A stretch of 18,567 bases of DNA from a virus: the IMG/VR virus record IMGVR_UViG_3300045988_088988; one strand, written 5' to 3'. The notes below the pieces were generated by a model, which saw only the letters and a program-made list of their open reading frames with translations, had not been told where the DNA came from and did not search any database. Shown here one piece after another: positions 5,686 through 14,106 of this stretch (position 1 is the stretch's first letter; each line of letters opens with the position of its first letter). A program made the translations under genes and the position numbers.

Positions 5686-7409
5686 TGGCAACTCCCAACG
5701 TGACCAATAGGCAGACGTTACGCCCGCTCACCGATTTTAATAATGTCCAGCTGTTGAACATGATTCGCAATGAGTCCAGCCCGGAATACCAACGTCGTAT
5801 CCCAGCCGCGACTCAGAGCAATATGGACATCACCGTTTCTACGCTCATGTCCAGCACCCAGCTGAAGAACGAGTTTTATTCCTCGCTGATTAACCGTATC
5901 GGCGGCACTATGGTACACACGTGGAAGTGGTCGAACCCGCTCTCCGTGTTCACCCGCGCGTCGCAGACGTATGGCGATACATGGCAAGAAATCGCCGTGG
6001 GTATGCCGCTCGCACAGGTGTACGACCCGAACGCCGAATACTTGGGGGCGGACAATTTCCGTAAGTGGAAAGTCGATGTGGACTCGCTCTATCACCGTCT
6101 CGACTTTGCGCATTTTTACCCGGTCACTACCGATGATAAGACTCTCCGCCGTGCGTTTACGTCTGACAATGGCCTATCCTCGCTGACCTCTCAGCTTATC
6201 CAGTCGTGCTATAACGCGGCCGAAGTTGACGTTTTCGAGGCCATGTGCCACATGTTTACGCAGTACGCGCGACTGGGCGGTTATTGGCGTGTCCACATGG
6301 ACGCTGACTTGAACAAGATGACCAGTACTCAGGACGAGGCGCGCGGACTGTTGCGACAGATTCGCTCATGGGCAGACAGTCTCAAGTTTGTCTCAACCCG
6401 ATACAATGCACGCCATATGCCCACGTTTGCCAAGCCCGAAGAATTGGTGTTGTTCTGTTCTCCGGAAGTCAAGTCCGCTTTGGACGTTCAGGGTCTCGCT
6501 ACCGTGTTCCATCGCACCGACGCAGAGCCGACTATTGACCGTATTATCGTTGTGCCCGAAGACAGGTTCGGCATCGACGGTGTTCAGGCGATTCTCACGA
6601 CTGATAAATTCCTCATTGACATTCCGGTTATCGAGGAAATGACTCAGCAGACCAACCCCGTCAATATCGACAGCGTCAACAATTACTTACATATGCAACG
6701 CATTATTTCGGTGTCCGGTTTCGCCCCGGCCGTTCTGTTCTGGAATGGCGCTGGTTCTACGGATAATGTCGTACTTCCGGCCGGTACCGCCGCGACCACG
6801 CCGAAGTTCGCGCTGAAGCTTTCCGCCTATGGTGAGGGTGTAACCACGCCGGAGAACGTGGCACGTGGTGGCGCGGTACAGGTCGAGGCTGATACCACCA
6901 TTGCCAATGACGGTCAGGCGTCATGGCGTTCCGGTGCCGTCAAGTATTCCATCGGCACGACCGACAAGAATCTCTCAGAATGGACGTATATTAGCCCGAC
7001 TGGCGTATTGGTGGTCGGCATCGATGAAGCCAATACCGTTATCCCGGTACAGGCGACTGCCGATTACATCAACCCGGCTACCCCCGAAGTGCCGAACACG
7101 GTGAGTGCGTCGCTTGACGTGCCCGTGGTTGGAGACGGTGTTATCGGTTTTAGTCCGAGTATTGTCGCGTCCATTACTGTTGACGCCGTTTCGGTCAAGG
7201 CTGGTAAGACAGGGCAGGCGCACGCCACCGCCGTGATGATTGACGGCCGTAAAATCGACGTGACCAAACAGGCCGCATGGACTAGCGCCGCCACTGCGAC
7301 GGCAACAGTGGACAATACTGGCCTAGTCACCGGCGTGGCCACAGGTTCCACCAAGCTGACCGCCGCGCTGTTCGGCGTCAGCGGTCAGGGCACTGTGACA
7401 GTCGCCTAA
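5685..7409 (+). CDS. Major capsid protein (phi29 gp8-like) with C-terminal Ig-like (BIG2-type) domains
   Basis: NEFYSSLINRIG, RRAFTSDNGLSSLTSQLIQSCYNAAEVDVFEAM and SVSGFAPAVLF match remembered phi29 gp8 blocks ([56 protein letters not shown]). The C-terminal ~80 aa (ITVDAVSVKAGKTGQAHATAV...TATVDNTGLVTGVATGSTKLTA) has the Big_2 pattern. Confidence 0.9.
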   Translation: MATPNVTNRQTLRPLTDFNNVQLLNMIRNESSPEYQRRIPAATQSNMDITVSTLMSSTQLKNEFYSSLINRIGGTMVHTWKWSNPLSVFTRASQTYGDTWQEIAVGMPLAQVYDPNAEYLGADNFRKWKVDVDSLYHRLDFAHFYPVTTDDKTLRRAFTSDNGLSSLTSQLIQSCYNAAEVDVFEAMCHMFTQYARLGGYWRVHMDADLNKMTSTQDEARGLLRQIRSWADSLKFVSTRYNARHMPTFAKPEELVLFCSPEVKSALDVQGLATVFHRTDAEPTIDRIIVVPEDRFGIDGVQAILTTDKFLIDIPVIEEMTQQTNPVNIDSVNNYLHMQRIISVSGFAPAVLFWNGAGSTDNVVLPAGTAATTPKFALKLSAYGEGVTTPENVARGGAVQVEADTTIANDGQASWRSGAVKYSIGTTDKNLSEWTYISPTGVLVVGIDEANTVIPVQATADYINPATPEVPNTVSASLDVPVVGDGVIGFSPSIVASITVDAVSVKAGKTGQAHATAVMIDGRKIDVTKQAAWTSAATATATVDNTGLVTGVATGSTKLTAALFGVSGQGTVTVA

Positions 7410-7424
7410 TCTGCGATATAATAA

Positions 7425-7461
7425 AAGGGAGTGTCTCACGTGAAAACACTCCCTTATTTTT
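7425..7461 (+). terminator. Rho-independent terminator after the capsid gene
   Basis: AAGGGAGTGT (7425-7434) pairs with ACACTCCCTT (7446-7455) around an 11-nt loop, followed by ATTTTT. Confidence 0.8.
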
Positions 7462-9729
7462 ATGATGAAAGAGGTAGTTGTGTTGAGAGATATCAACCCT
7501 AACGTCGAGGCGACGTTTAACTGGGCTCAATGGACGCCCAACACGTCGTTAAAACTCTGTAACGTGCCGTGGGATAGCAGTTACCGTGACCTAGCACGGT
7601 TCGAGTCACCGCAGAAACAACAGGAATGGTTTGACCGACGGCCCGGCGTTGATAGGGTGCGTGGCGTCATGCATATGTTCGGACAGCCCGTGCGCGTCGA
7701 ACTGCCATTCAACGAGGCGTCCAACTACAACTATGTTGTGGTGTATAACGATTACCCCGATTTGGAGACGCCGCGATATTGGTATTATTTCATCAATCAC
7801 GTGGATTACATCAATGCATACACTACTCAGCTCACTGTGCAATTGGACGTTTGGCAGTCGTTCCAGCATGTACTTAGGTTTGGGTCATGCTATGTGGTGC
7901 GAGGCCATATCGGTATTGCCAACGAAAACCAGATGATGGATTATGGCCGCAGTTATCTCGCACTACCCGAGGGGCTGGACACCGGCAGTGAAATGGTGAC
8001 GGCAAACCAACAGTACAAGTCTCTTATCGGCATGGACGGGAAAAATCTGGATTACGGCGTAATTGTCGTGAGCACGGTAGATTTGTCAGCGGACGCGGGC
8101 AGTCAGGAAAAACCGTCTCTCACTACTGCTGGCGGTTCTTTGTTTGAGAACATGGCCAACGGTGCCGAGATACTGTATTTTAAGGACGTTCAATCTATCC
8201 GGGTGTTCATGGGGGTGGGGTCTTCTTTTTCGTGGATAACACAGGGTATTGTAAACATGTACATGATACCCTCTTTAGATGATGACTTTCTTAATCAATC
8301 CGGCTATGTTGTAGATAAGCTATTTGGGAAAACACTCCCCACGGAGTTAAATAATCGTATCTACCGTTTCCCCCAGCCAGCCACAAATGCGCCCAGTAGG
8401 TATGAAGACATTATTACCATTAATGATTTTCGTGATAATTTTAATATCCCTAAACGTTATAAAAACCTTAAAAAACTCGAATGCTACCCCTATTCCACTG
8501 TCGAATGCACTTGCTTGAACGGTACAAATATCACCTACAGACCCGAAAATATCCAAAGCGATAATCTGGTTATTAGAGAGGTGCATAACTACGCGCCCAA
8601 TGGCGCGCGCTTGAACTTTTACCCGGTTGGATACAATAAGGCGGGTGCAAGCGAGATTGCTCCACTTGGTGAAAACAATGGGTTGCCGATTGATAGCGGA
8701 GAAATGTTGGACGCCGCGTTTGGCATCAGCAATTTCCCTCAATTTGTGATAGTCAACAATGGTGCCCAGTTGGCAATGGCAAACAGTGCCTACACACGCG
8801 CTTATAATCAGCAGTCCGCCGACTGGACATATCAAAAAGCGCAGATGGGCGTCAGCCAATCGCTTGCGGCCACGGCCATGCAAAACCAGTACAATACCCA
8901 AGCCAACAAACTCGCTATCGGCAACCGTAACGCCAATAACGCGATACAGGCGACCTCGCTTAACACCGGGCTGGATAACACGACGTATATCAACAATCAG
9001 CGAGCCGACCTCGCACAGTTAAATAACGTGGTTAACGGCGTGGTCGGAGTGGTGGGTAACGCCGCTTCGGGCAACGTCGGGGGGGCAGTGTCCGCGCTGG
9101 GCGGCGCAGTCATGAATGGCGTCAACACCGAAGCGAACCGCAGTATCAACAATACCGCCGCCCAACTCTCCACAGCAAATTCTCTGAGCACTAACGCGGC
9201 CACGACAAGTCAGGCCAACACGTACGGCTCTCAGACTACAGCGCTTTCAAACCAGTTGGCCCAAAATATGGCGGACATGAACGCGGATTACGCGCAACGT
9301 TCCGCGTTCGGCGACTATCAGAACACTATCGCTGGGATTAATGCGCAAGTCCAGCAAATGCAGTTGACGCCCCCTACCACGTCCGGTGCTATCGGTGGGG
9401 ACGGGTTCAATCTCGCTAACGGTATTGTCGGGGTGTTGGTTCGATTCAAGACGTGCGCACCCTCAGCTCTGCGGAGCGTCGGAGAATACATGTTGCGCTA
9501 CGGGTACTTTGTCCAGCGTTTCATCACGCCGCCGCAATCGCTGGAATGTATGACCAAGTTCTCGTATTGGCAAATGCAAGAGTGTTACGTGCGGGGTGAT
9601 TTGCCCGAACAGTATCGGCAGACCATTAAAGGCGTGTTCGAATCTGGGACTACTATATGGACTAACCCTGATGATATCGGAGTGACCGACTGGGCGGATA
9701 ACGACCCATTGCCGGGCATCTCATTCTAG
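7462..9729 (+). CDS. Tail knob protein (phi29 gp9-like), 755 aa
   Basis: The N-terminal region (NVPWDSSYRDLARF ... YNYVVVYN ... RYWYYFINHVDYINAYTTQLTVQLDVWQSF ... CYVVRGH) parallels remembered phi29 gp9 (DVPFSNDYKNTRWF ... SYIMFQN ... [32 protein letters not shown] ... SFIVREH). The true start may be GTG 7480, 5 nt after AAAGAGG. Confidence 0.82.
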   Translation: MMKEVVVLRDINPNVEATFNWAQWTPNTSLKLCNVPWDSSYRDLARFESPQKQQEWFDRRPGVDRVRGVMHMFGQPVRVELPFNEASNYNYVVVYNDYPDLETPRYWYYFINHVDYINAYTTQLTVQLDVWQSFQHVLRFGSCYVVRGHIGIANENQMMDYGRSYLALPEGLDTGSEMVTANQQYKSLIGMDGKNLDYGVIVVSTVDLSADAGSQEKPSLTTAGGSLFENMANGAEILYFKDVQSIRVFMGVGSSFSWITQGIVNMYMIPSLDDDFLNQSGYVVDKLFGKTLPTELNNRIYRFPQPATNAPSRYEDIITINDFRDNFNIPKRYKNLKKLECYPYSTVECTCLNGTNITYRPENIQSDNLVIREVHNYAPNGARLNFYPVGYNKAGASEIAPLGENNGLPIDSGEMLDAAFGISNFPQFVIVNNGAQLAMANSAYTRAYNQQSADWTYQKAQMGVSQSLAATAMQNQYNTQANKLAIGNRNANNAIQATSLNTGLDNTTYINNQRADLAQLNNVVNGVVGVVGNAASGNVGGAVSALGGAVMNGVNTEANRSINNTAAQLSTANSLSTNAATTSQANTYGSQTTALSNQLAQNMADMNADYAQRSAFGDYQNTIAGINAQVQQMQLTPPTTSGAIGGDGFNLANGIVGVLVRFKTCAPSALRSVGEYMLRYGYFVQRFITPPQSLECMTKFSYWQMQECYVRGDLPEQYRQTIKGVFESGTTIWTNPDDIGVTDWADNDPLPGISF

Positions 9730-9738
9730 TGATATACT
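9729..9738 (+). promoter_or_regulatory. GTGATATACT extended -10 element (copy 2), 6 nt upstream of the portal ATG
   Basis: TATACT is at 9733-9738 and the ATG at 9745, so the predicted start coincides with the A of ATG (leaderless). TTGCCG (9709-9714) lies 18 nt upstream. Confidence 0.5.
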
Positions 9739-9744
9739 GGAGAC

Positions 9745-10707
9745 ATGTCTAGGTCGAGAAAAAATCAGAATCGTAGGGGCGGCGGCGTTCATCCCAGTGG
9801 CAATTATGCCAAAATGCGCGCCGTCGCCCTTGATGACATGTACTATCATCTTCTGCGCGAGCTCGCACTGAACCGGTTCAAATGGCATGGGCTACCCCCC
9901 ACCGTAGATGAACGTTGGATGGAGACGTGTCTGTTGGACTATAATCTCTGCTTGTTTTTCTACGACCGGCGTATCGGTTCGTTTTTGGCGACTCAGGCGG
10001 CTTATCAGGGACGCTTGAATCTCTACAATAACCCGACCGAGTTTTCGCCGGTTGGAGTTAACTATCATTACAAGGTTCTCTCGGCGGCCAATGAATGCGT
10101 GCCCATCTGGGATAATCGTATGAGATGGTCGTTCAATGACATCCTTTGGATGTACGCAAGGCGTTTAGCAGACATCGATAAGGCATATCAAGTCAACTTG
10201 GACGGGCTGAAACTGCCGACGTTCATTACTGCCGACCAACGTACCAAGCTCACGGTAGAAAACATTCTACAGCAACAGCAAGACGGGCAATCGTTTATCA
10301 TCGGCTATGATTCACTCGACCCATCCAGCATGTTCCAGCCATGGCCCAACACGACACCGTATCTGTTGGACAAATTCATTCAACAAAAAACACAGGTGAC
10401 TAATGAGGCATTGAGTTATCTGGGCGTTCAGTCCAGCGGGACGGAAAAACAGGAACGTTTGATAGGTGCAGAGGTTGCTCAGGCCAACGAAAAAACAGAC
10501 ATGTTCCGTCTCGCTTTCCTGACGGCGCGACAGGAAGGCGCACGACTGATTAACAGGATGTATAATCTAGACATATGGGTGGAATACGCGGACACGCAAA
10601 GTTCTGGTGTGCCGAACGCGATTGATAATACGCAATCCAGCGGCAACACCACTACGGCAGTTGACTCGACAGACCCCCTTGGAAACGGAATAGGCGGTGT
10701 GGCATGA
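9745..10707 (+). CDS. Portal / upper collar connector protein (phi29 gp10-like), 320 aa
   Basis: The basic N-terminus and LALNRFKWHGLPPTVDERWMETCL match remembered gp10 ([24 protein letters not shown]). TEKQERLIGAEV corresponds to LEKKERMVTDEV. The position after the tail knob gene is the same as in phi29. Confidence 0.88.
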   Translation: MSRSRKNQNRRGGGVHPSGNYAKMRAVALDDMYYHLLRELALNRFKWHGLPPTVDERWMETCLLDYNLCLFFYDRRIGSFLATQAAYQGRLNLYNNPTEFSPVGVNYHYKVLSAANECVPIWDNRMRWSFNDILWMYARRLADIDKAYQVNLDGLKLPTFITADQRTKLTVENILQQQQDGQSFIIGYDSLDPSSMFQPWPNTTPYLLDKFIQQKTQVTNEALSYLGVQSSGTEKQERLIGAEVAQANEKTDMFRLAFLTARQEGARLINRMYNLDIWVEYADTQSSGVPNAIDNTQSSGNTTTAVDSTDPLGNGIGGVA

Positions 10708-11498
10708 CACAAGACCTAAGCAAGTGGGGTACGCGCGTGCCCTCCGAGTATACGGCCACGCTCGGCGCTGTTATCGGCATGGGCTATAATACTGATGATA
10801 AACTGCATTTATCCGCTGATTATTACCCGATTTTTGACGAAGCCCATAGAGCTGAGTTGAATGATAAAATCTGCCAAAATTACATGTTGCGTGAAATCGG
10901 CCAAGAGACAGTGCAACAGTTTGTTTTTTACCTAGGCATGACATTAAGTCAGATTATGCCATATTTTAATGAGCGTTATCGGACGCTAGCGTTAAAATAC
11001 GACCCACTGAACACCGTGGAAATGACTAGCGAAAACACGTCCAACACGGTAGCCCAGTCCAGCGGCAAGACCAGCGCGTCTCAGGATAGTTCGACCAAAA
11101 GCACATCGGACGGCACTAGTTCAAGTAGCACCAAGTCCCAGTCATATGATTCTGAGGTTCCGGCAACAGGCGTGCAAGGTGATTTTGCTCGGTATGCGAC
11201 TCACGCCAATCAGGCGCAAGCGGATACGGACGGCAGTAGCCATAGCGCGCAAGATACCACGTCGCAATCGCATAGCACCTCCAGCACGGAATGGCAACAC
11301 GACGCGACAGACGGCAGTAGTTCATCCCACACGTCGGGCCGGTCTCAGTCTGCAATGAGCCTCATTACCGAATATCGCAATGCGATCATCAACGTGGATA
11401 TGGAGGTCATACACTCGCTCGAACCCTGTTTCATGCAAATCTGGGGGTCATATGATACTATTTTTAGTAACTGCTATAACTATGGAGAATGGGAGTAA
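10704..11498 (+). CDS. Lower collar protein (phi29 gp11-like), 264 aa
   Basis: ATGA overlap with the portal gene. The N-terminal block YYPIFDEAHRAELNDKICQNYMLREIGQETVQQF fits the lower-collar pattern I recall for phi29-like phages. The position is syntenic. The centre is Ser/Thr-rich. Confidence 0.65.
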   Translation: MTQDLSKWGTRVPSEYTATLGAVIGMGYNTDDKLHLSADYYPIFDEAHRAELNDKICQNYMLREIGQETVQQFVFYLGMTLSQIMPYFNERYRTLALKYDPLNTVEMTSENTSNTVAQSSGKTSASQDSSTKSTSDGTSSSSTKSQSYDSEVPATGVQGDFARYATHANQAQADTDGSSHSAQDTTSQSHSTSSTEWQHDATDGSSSSHTSGRSQSAMSLITEYRNAIINVDMEVIHSLEPCFMQIWGSYDTIFSNCYNYGEWE

Positions 11499-11500
11499 TC

Positions 11501-12136
11501 ATGGTTGCCATTAACGCGCCGATTCCACGGCAACGCCTGTTTGGCAGGGTGCCCACGTCCGTTCCTTTTACATATCGGGACGGATTGACCACATTACAGT
11601 TAATTGAATGCTTGCGCCATAATCTCGATACCCTTCAATGTGATTTGAGCAAACTGGAGGAGAGCACAACCGACCTTGCGGCGTCCGTGGACAAGGCTCT
11701 TGCGGATACCGTAACCCAGCTCAGCAGGAATATGGCCGAACTGCGTGCGGAACTGCTGGCCCTGATTCACGAGATGGAACAGCAGGGCGTAGCAACCTCC
11801 CCAGTGTACGGCACCACGCAACCGCTCTGTCAGGTGTTGGGCGGCATGTACGATAATTCGCGCAATCATGGACTATTCTGGGGTGACTACGATAACATGC
11901 AGTTGACCGCGCAGGAATACGATGGACTTACGCTTGGTGCGCGTGAGTACGACCTGAAAGCAACCGCCGTGGATAATTGCACACCCGGCGATTTTCCGGG
12001 CCGTACCCAATTCCCCTACGGAAAATCCATGCCCGAGAATCCGCCCGCCGACATGGCATACATCACGCAATCGGAGGCAGATGCACGCTATGTTGAACGC
12101 AATCCAACAGCCAACAATTTTGACAATAAGGAGTAA
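11501..12136 (+). CDS. Putative tail/appendage structural protein with coiled coil, 211 aa
   Basis: The start is moved to ATG 11501 (GGGAG 5 nt upstream, 2 nt after the previous stop). It has a heptad-like helical segment (LDTLQCDLSKLEESTTDLAASVDKALADTVTQLSRNMAELRAELLALIHEME). The function is assigned by position only. Confidence 0.4.
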   Translation: MVAINAPIPRQRLFGRVPTSVPFTYRDGLTTLQLIECLRHNLDTLQCDLSKLEESTTDLAASVDKALADTVTQLSRNMAELRAELLALIHEMEQQGVATSPVYGTTQPLCQVLGGMYDNSRNHGLFWGDYDNMQLTAQEYDGLTLGAREYDLKATAVDNCTPGDFPGRTQFPYGKSMPENPPADMAYITQSEADARYVERNPTANNFDNKE

Positions 12137-12139
12137 ACA

Positions 12140-12559
12140 ATGACCGCAACTAACCATACCAAAAACTATAATCTTTCTCAGTTTGTCGGCACCGACCGCC
12201 CCGCATGGCTCGTTGACTACAACGGCGACATGACGAAGATTGACGCGCAGCTCAAGCGGAACGCCGATGATATCGCGTCGGCCGCCGCAGGCGGGCTTAC
12301 GTCGGTGTCGCACACTGCCGACCTTACCGGCAACGGCACGTCCGGCTCTCCGCTGGGCGTCGCGGCCACCATCGCCAAGAAAACCGACATCCCGGACGTG
12401 AGCAGATTCGCCACCTCCTCCGCTCTCACCTCGGGACTTGCGGGCAAGGTCGATAAAACCGCCTCACAGCCCGGCACGCTCGGATTGACGGCGGCCGAAC
12501 TTGATTCGATGTTCAAGGACGCGAACGGCATTGTCCGCGTCGGTACCGTTGAAGCCTAG
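12140..12559 (+). CDS. Short fibre/appendage protein sharing the N-terminal anchor motif, 139 aa
   Basis: AAGGAG lies 6 nt upstream. The N-terminus HTKNYNLSQF..DRPAWL..DMTKIDAQL is paralogous to that of the next gene. Confidence 0.6.
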   Translation: MTATNHTKNYNLSQFVGTDRPAWLVDYNGDMTKIDAQLKRNADDIASAAAGGLTSVSHTADLTGNGTSGSPLGVAATIAKKTDIPDVSRFATSSALTSGLAGKVDKTASQPGTLGLTAAELDSMFKDANGIVRVGTVEA

Positions 12560-12575
12560 AAAAAGGAGAACAACA

Positions 12576-14051
12576 ATGTCCACCACACAGCATACCGGGC
12601 ACTACAATCTGCCGACGTTCGGCGACAACCCGAACGACCGCCCCTCATGGCGCGGCGATTTCACCGACGCAATGACGAAAATCGATAATCAGATGTACGC
12701 TAGCGCGACCAACATCACCACGGCAACGGCGGCGGCGAACAACGCGACCACGGCGGCGGGCAAGGCAACCGAGACGGCGAACGCCGCACAGTCCACAGCC
12801 GATGACGCCGTGGCCCGGTTGAACGCGCTCGGAGCAACCAGCAATACGGCGGCAGGCCAGCTTAAAACCAAAATCGACACCACGGCCACTGACCTGAATG
12901 CGGTGGAATCCGACATCAACGGCTTCAAAACCACCACCAATGGGGATATTTCCTCGTTGAAGAGCAAGAACGTGAAGATTGAGGGCGATTTAGCCACCAC
13001 TACCTCGTTGGCCCATACCAACGAAAACGGCATCAGGAGCATTGAAGCGAATTTGAGCGCGCTTCACGCTGATTCCCCTTCCAATGCAGGAACGCTATAT
13101 AACACCGTGCAGGACAGCTCTCGCATCATCAACGTTAACCAGCCGTTCATGACTCGCGGGTCGAACATCATTGTGACTTTTGGGGATTCCTACGCCACTG
13201 TCAAGAACACTGCAAACTGGGCATATAGACTCGCTCAAAAGCTGGGGTGGACGTTGCACAATTACGCAGTGGCCGGAGCTGGATACCTCACTCCGAACGC
13301 CACCTATATGAGCGAGTTCAACACAGCCAAGGCGGATACGTCCTATAATCATGATGATGTATCGTTGGTGGTTATCGGAGGTTCGCGCAATACTAACGAC
13401 GGATATTCGGGGAACTTGAAAACAGCCGCGCAAGAGCTTTTCCAGAAAGTAAGCGCCGAATATCCCAATGCGCGAATCATCGCGGTACCGTTGCTATGGG
13501 ATAAAACCCCGGTGTCGGCGTATTGGCGTTATAACGCCGCAAGCATTGCCGAGGCGGCGATACTGGCCGGAGTGGAATCCATACCGTGGGCGTGGACGTG
13601 GAACCTCGGGCGCGAAAACGCATTCAATGGTACGGACATCCACCCCAATGAAACCGGAGCCGGCATCATTGTAAACTACATTATGCGATATATGCTTGGA
13701 GTGTATAATGGCCGACATGAAGTGTTCGTGTGGCGACCCCAGTCAAACCCTGCGGAGTTCGTTCTTACCGTGGATGCAAGCGCGGGAACCATCTCGTATG
13801 GTCTGTCGGTGGCGGCAGGCGTCACGCCAGCGAACTATACGAACGTGAGCGGTCTGCCAATGTGGGCGTGGAATGCGTCGGATGGGACAAATCAGGGGCG
13901 GGCATGGGTGGCGGCCATCACCAATAACGCAAATGCCACAACACTGTTCAACATTGGCACTGACGGTCATTTTGGATGGCAGTCTTTCACCACCAACCCT
14001 GCGGGAACCCCTAACGGATTGGCTGGAGCGCAATTTACAAGAGCGTGGTAA
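12576..14051 (+). CDS. Tail appendage / receptor-binding protein with SGNH (GDSL) hydrolase domain, 491 aa
   Basis: AAAAGGAGAA lies 6 nt upstream of ATG 12576. An N-terminal anchor motif (HTGHYNLPTF..DRPSW..AMTKIDNQM) is followed by a T/A/N-rich helical stalk. SGNH blocks are FGDSY (GDS codons 13182-13190), GAGYL, GGSRNTND and DIHPNETG (D 13635, H 13641). Confidence 0.75.
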   Translation: MSTTQHTGHYNLPTFGDNPNDRPSWRGDFTDAMTKIDNQMYASATNITTATAAANNATTAAGKATETANAAQSTADDAVARLNALGATSNTAAGQLKTKIDTTATDLNAVESDINGFKTTTNGDISSLKSKNVKIEGDLATTTSLAHTNENGIRSIEANLSALHADSPSNAGTLYNTVQDSSRIINVNQPFMTRGSNIIVTFGDSYATVKNTANWAYRLAQKLGWTLHNYAVAGAGYLTPNATYMSEFNTAKADTSYNHDDVSLVVIGGSRNTNDGYSGNLKTAAQELFQKVSAEYPNARIIAVPLLWDKTPVSAYWRYNAASIAEAAILAGVESIPWAWTWNLGRENAFNGTDIHPNETGAGIIVNYIMRYMLGVYNGRHEVFVWRPQSNPAEFVLTVDASAGTISYGLSVAAGVTPANYTNVSGLPMWAWNASDGTNQGRAWVAAITNNANATTLFNIGTDGHFGWQSFTTNPAGTPNGLAGAQFTRAW

Positions 14052-14069
14052 CGCGATTGGTGTTAGCGA

Positions 14070-14096
14070 TACCCCACGGCCCCGCGTCGTGGGGTA
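14070..14096 (+). terminator. 9-bp hairpin after the fibre gene, overlapping a TATACT box
   Basis: TACCCCACG (14070-14078) pairs with CGTGGGGTA (14088-14096) around a 9-nt loop. There is no clear U tract, so its function is uncertain. Confidence 0.35.
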
Positions 14097-14106
14097 TACT
14101 GGTATC

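Noticed and set aside
5718-6113. 131-aa minus-strand ORF inside the capsid gene
   Set aside because: The plus-strand frame carries unmistakable gp8-like blocks, so the antisense ORF is probably a by-product of GC-rich codon usage.
8347-8901. 184-aa minus-strand ORF inside the tail knob gene
   Set aside because: It lies wholly within a plus-strand gene with clear gp9-like similarity. Its translation is low-information and nothing suggests a start signal.
10557-10577. TGTATAAT followed by a nearby ATG inside the portal gene (a similar TGTATAATCT occurs at ~15257)
   Set aside because: The ATG at 10575 is out of frame with the portal gene and opens only a short ORF. Both strings are explained by the codons for (M/V)YNL.
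11873-12313. 146-aa minus-strand ORF spanning the 11501-12136 / 12140-12559 junction
   Set aside because: It is antisense to two plus-strand structural genes with strong SDs, and I see no independent support for it.
12501-12575. Upstream extension of the SGNH fibre ORF
   Set aside because: It overlaps the end of the preceding gene. ATG 12576 has a consensus AAAAGGAGAA SD and gives an N-terminus paralogous to the 12140 gene.
13873-14106. Upstream extension of the tail lysin ORF
   Set aside because: It overlaps 179 nt of the fibre gene in another frame and crosses the 14070-14096 hairpin. The CHAP domain begins right after ATG 14107. GTG 14089 remains a minor alternative start.
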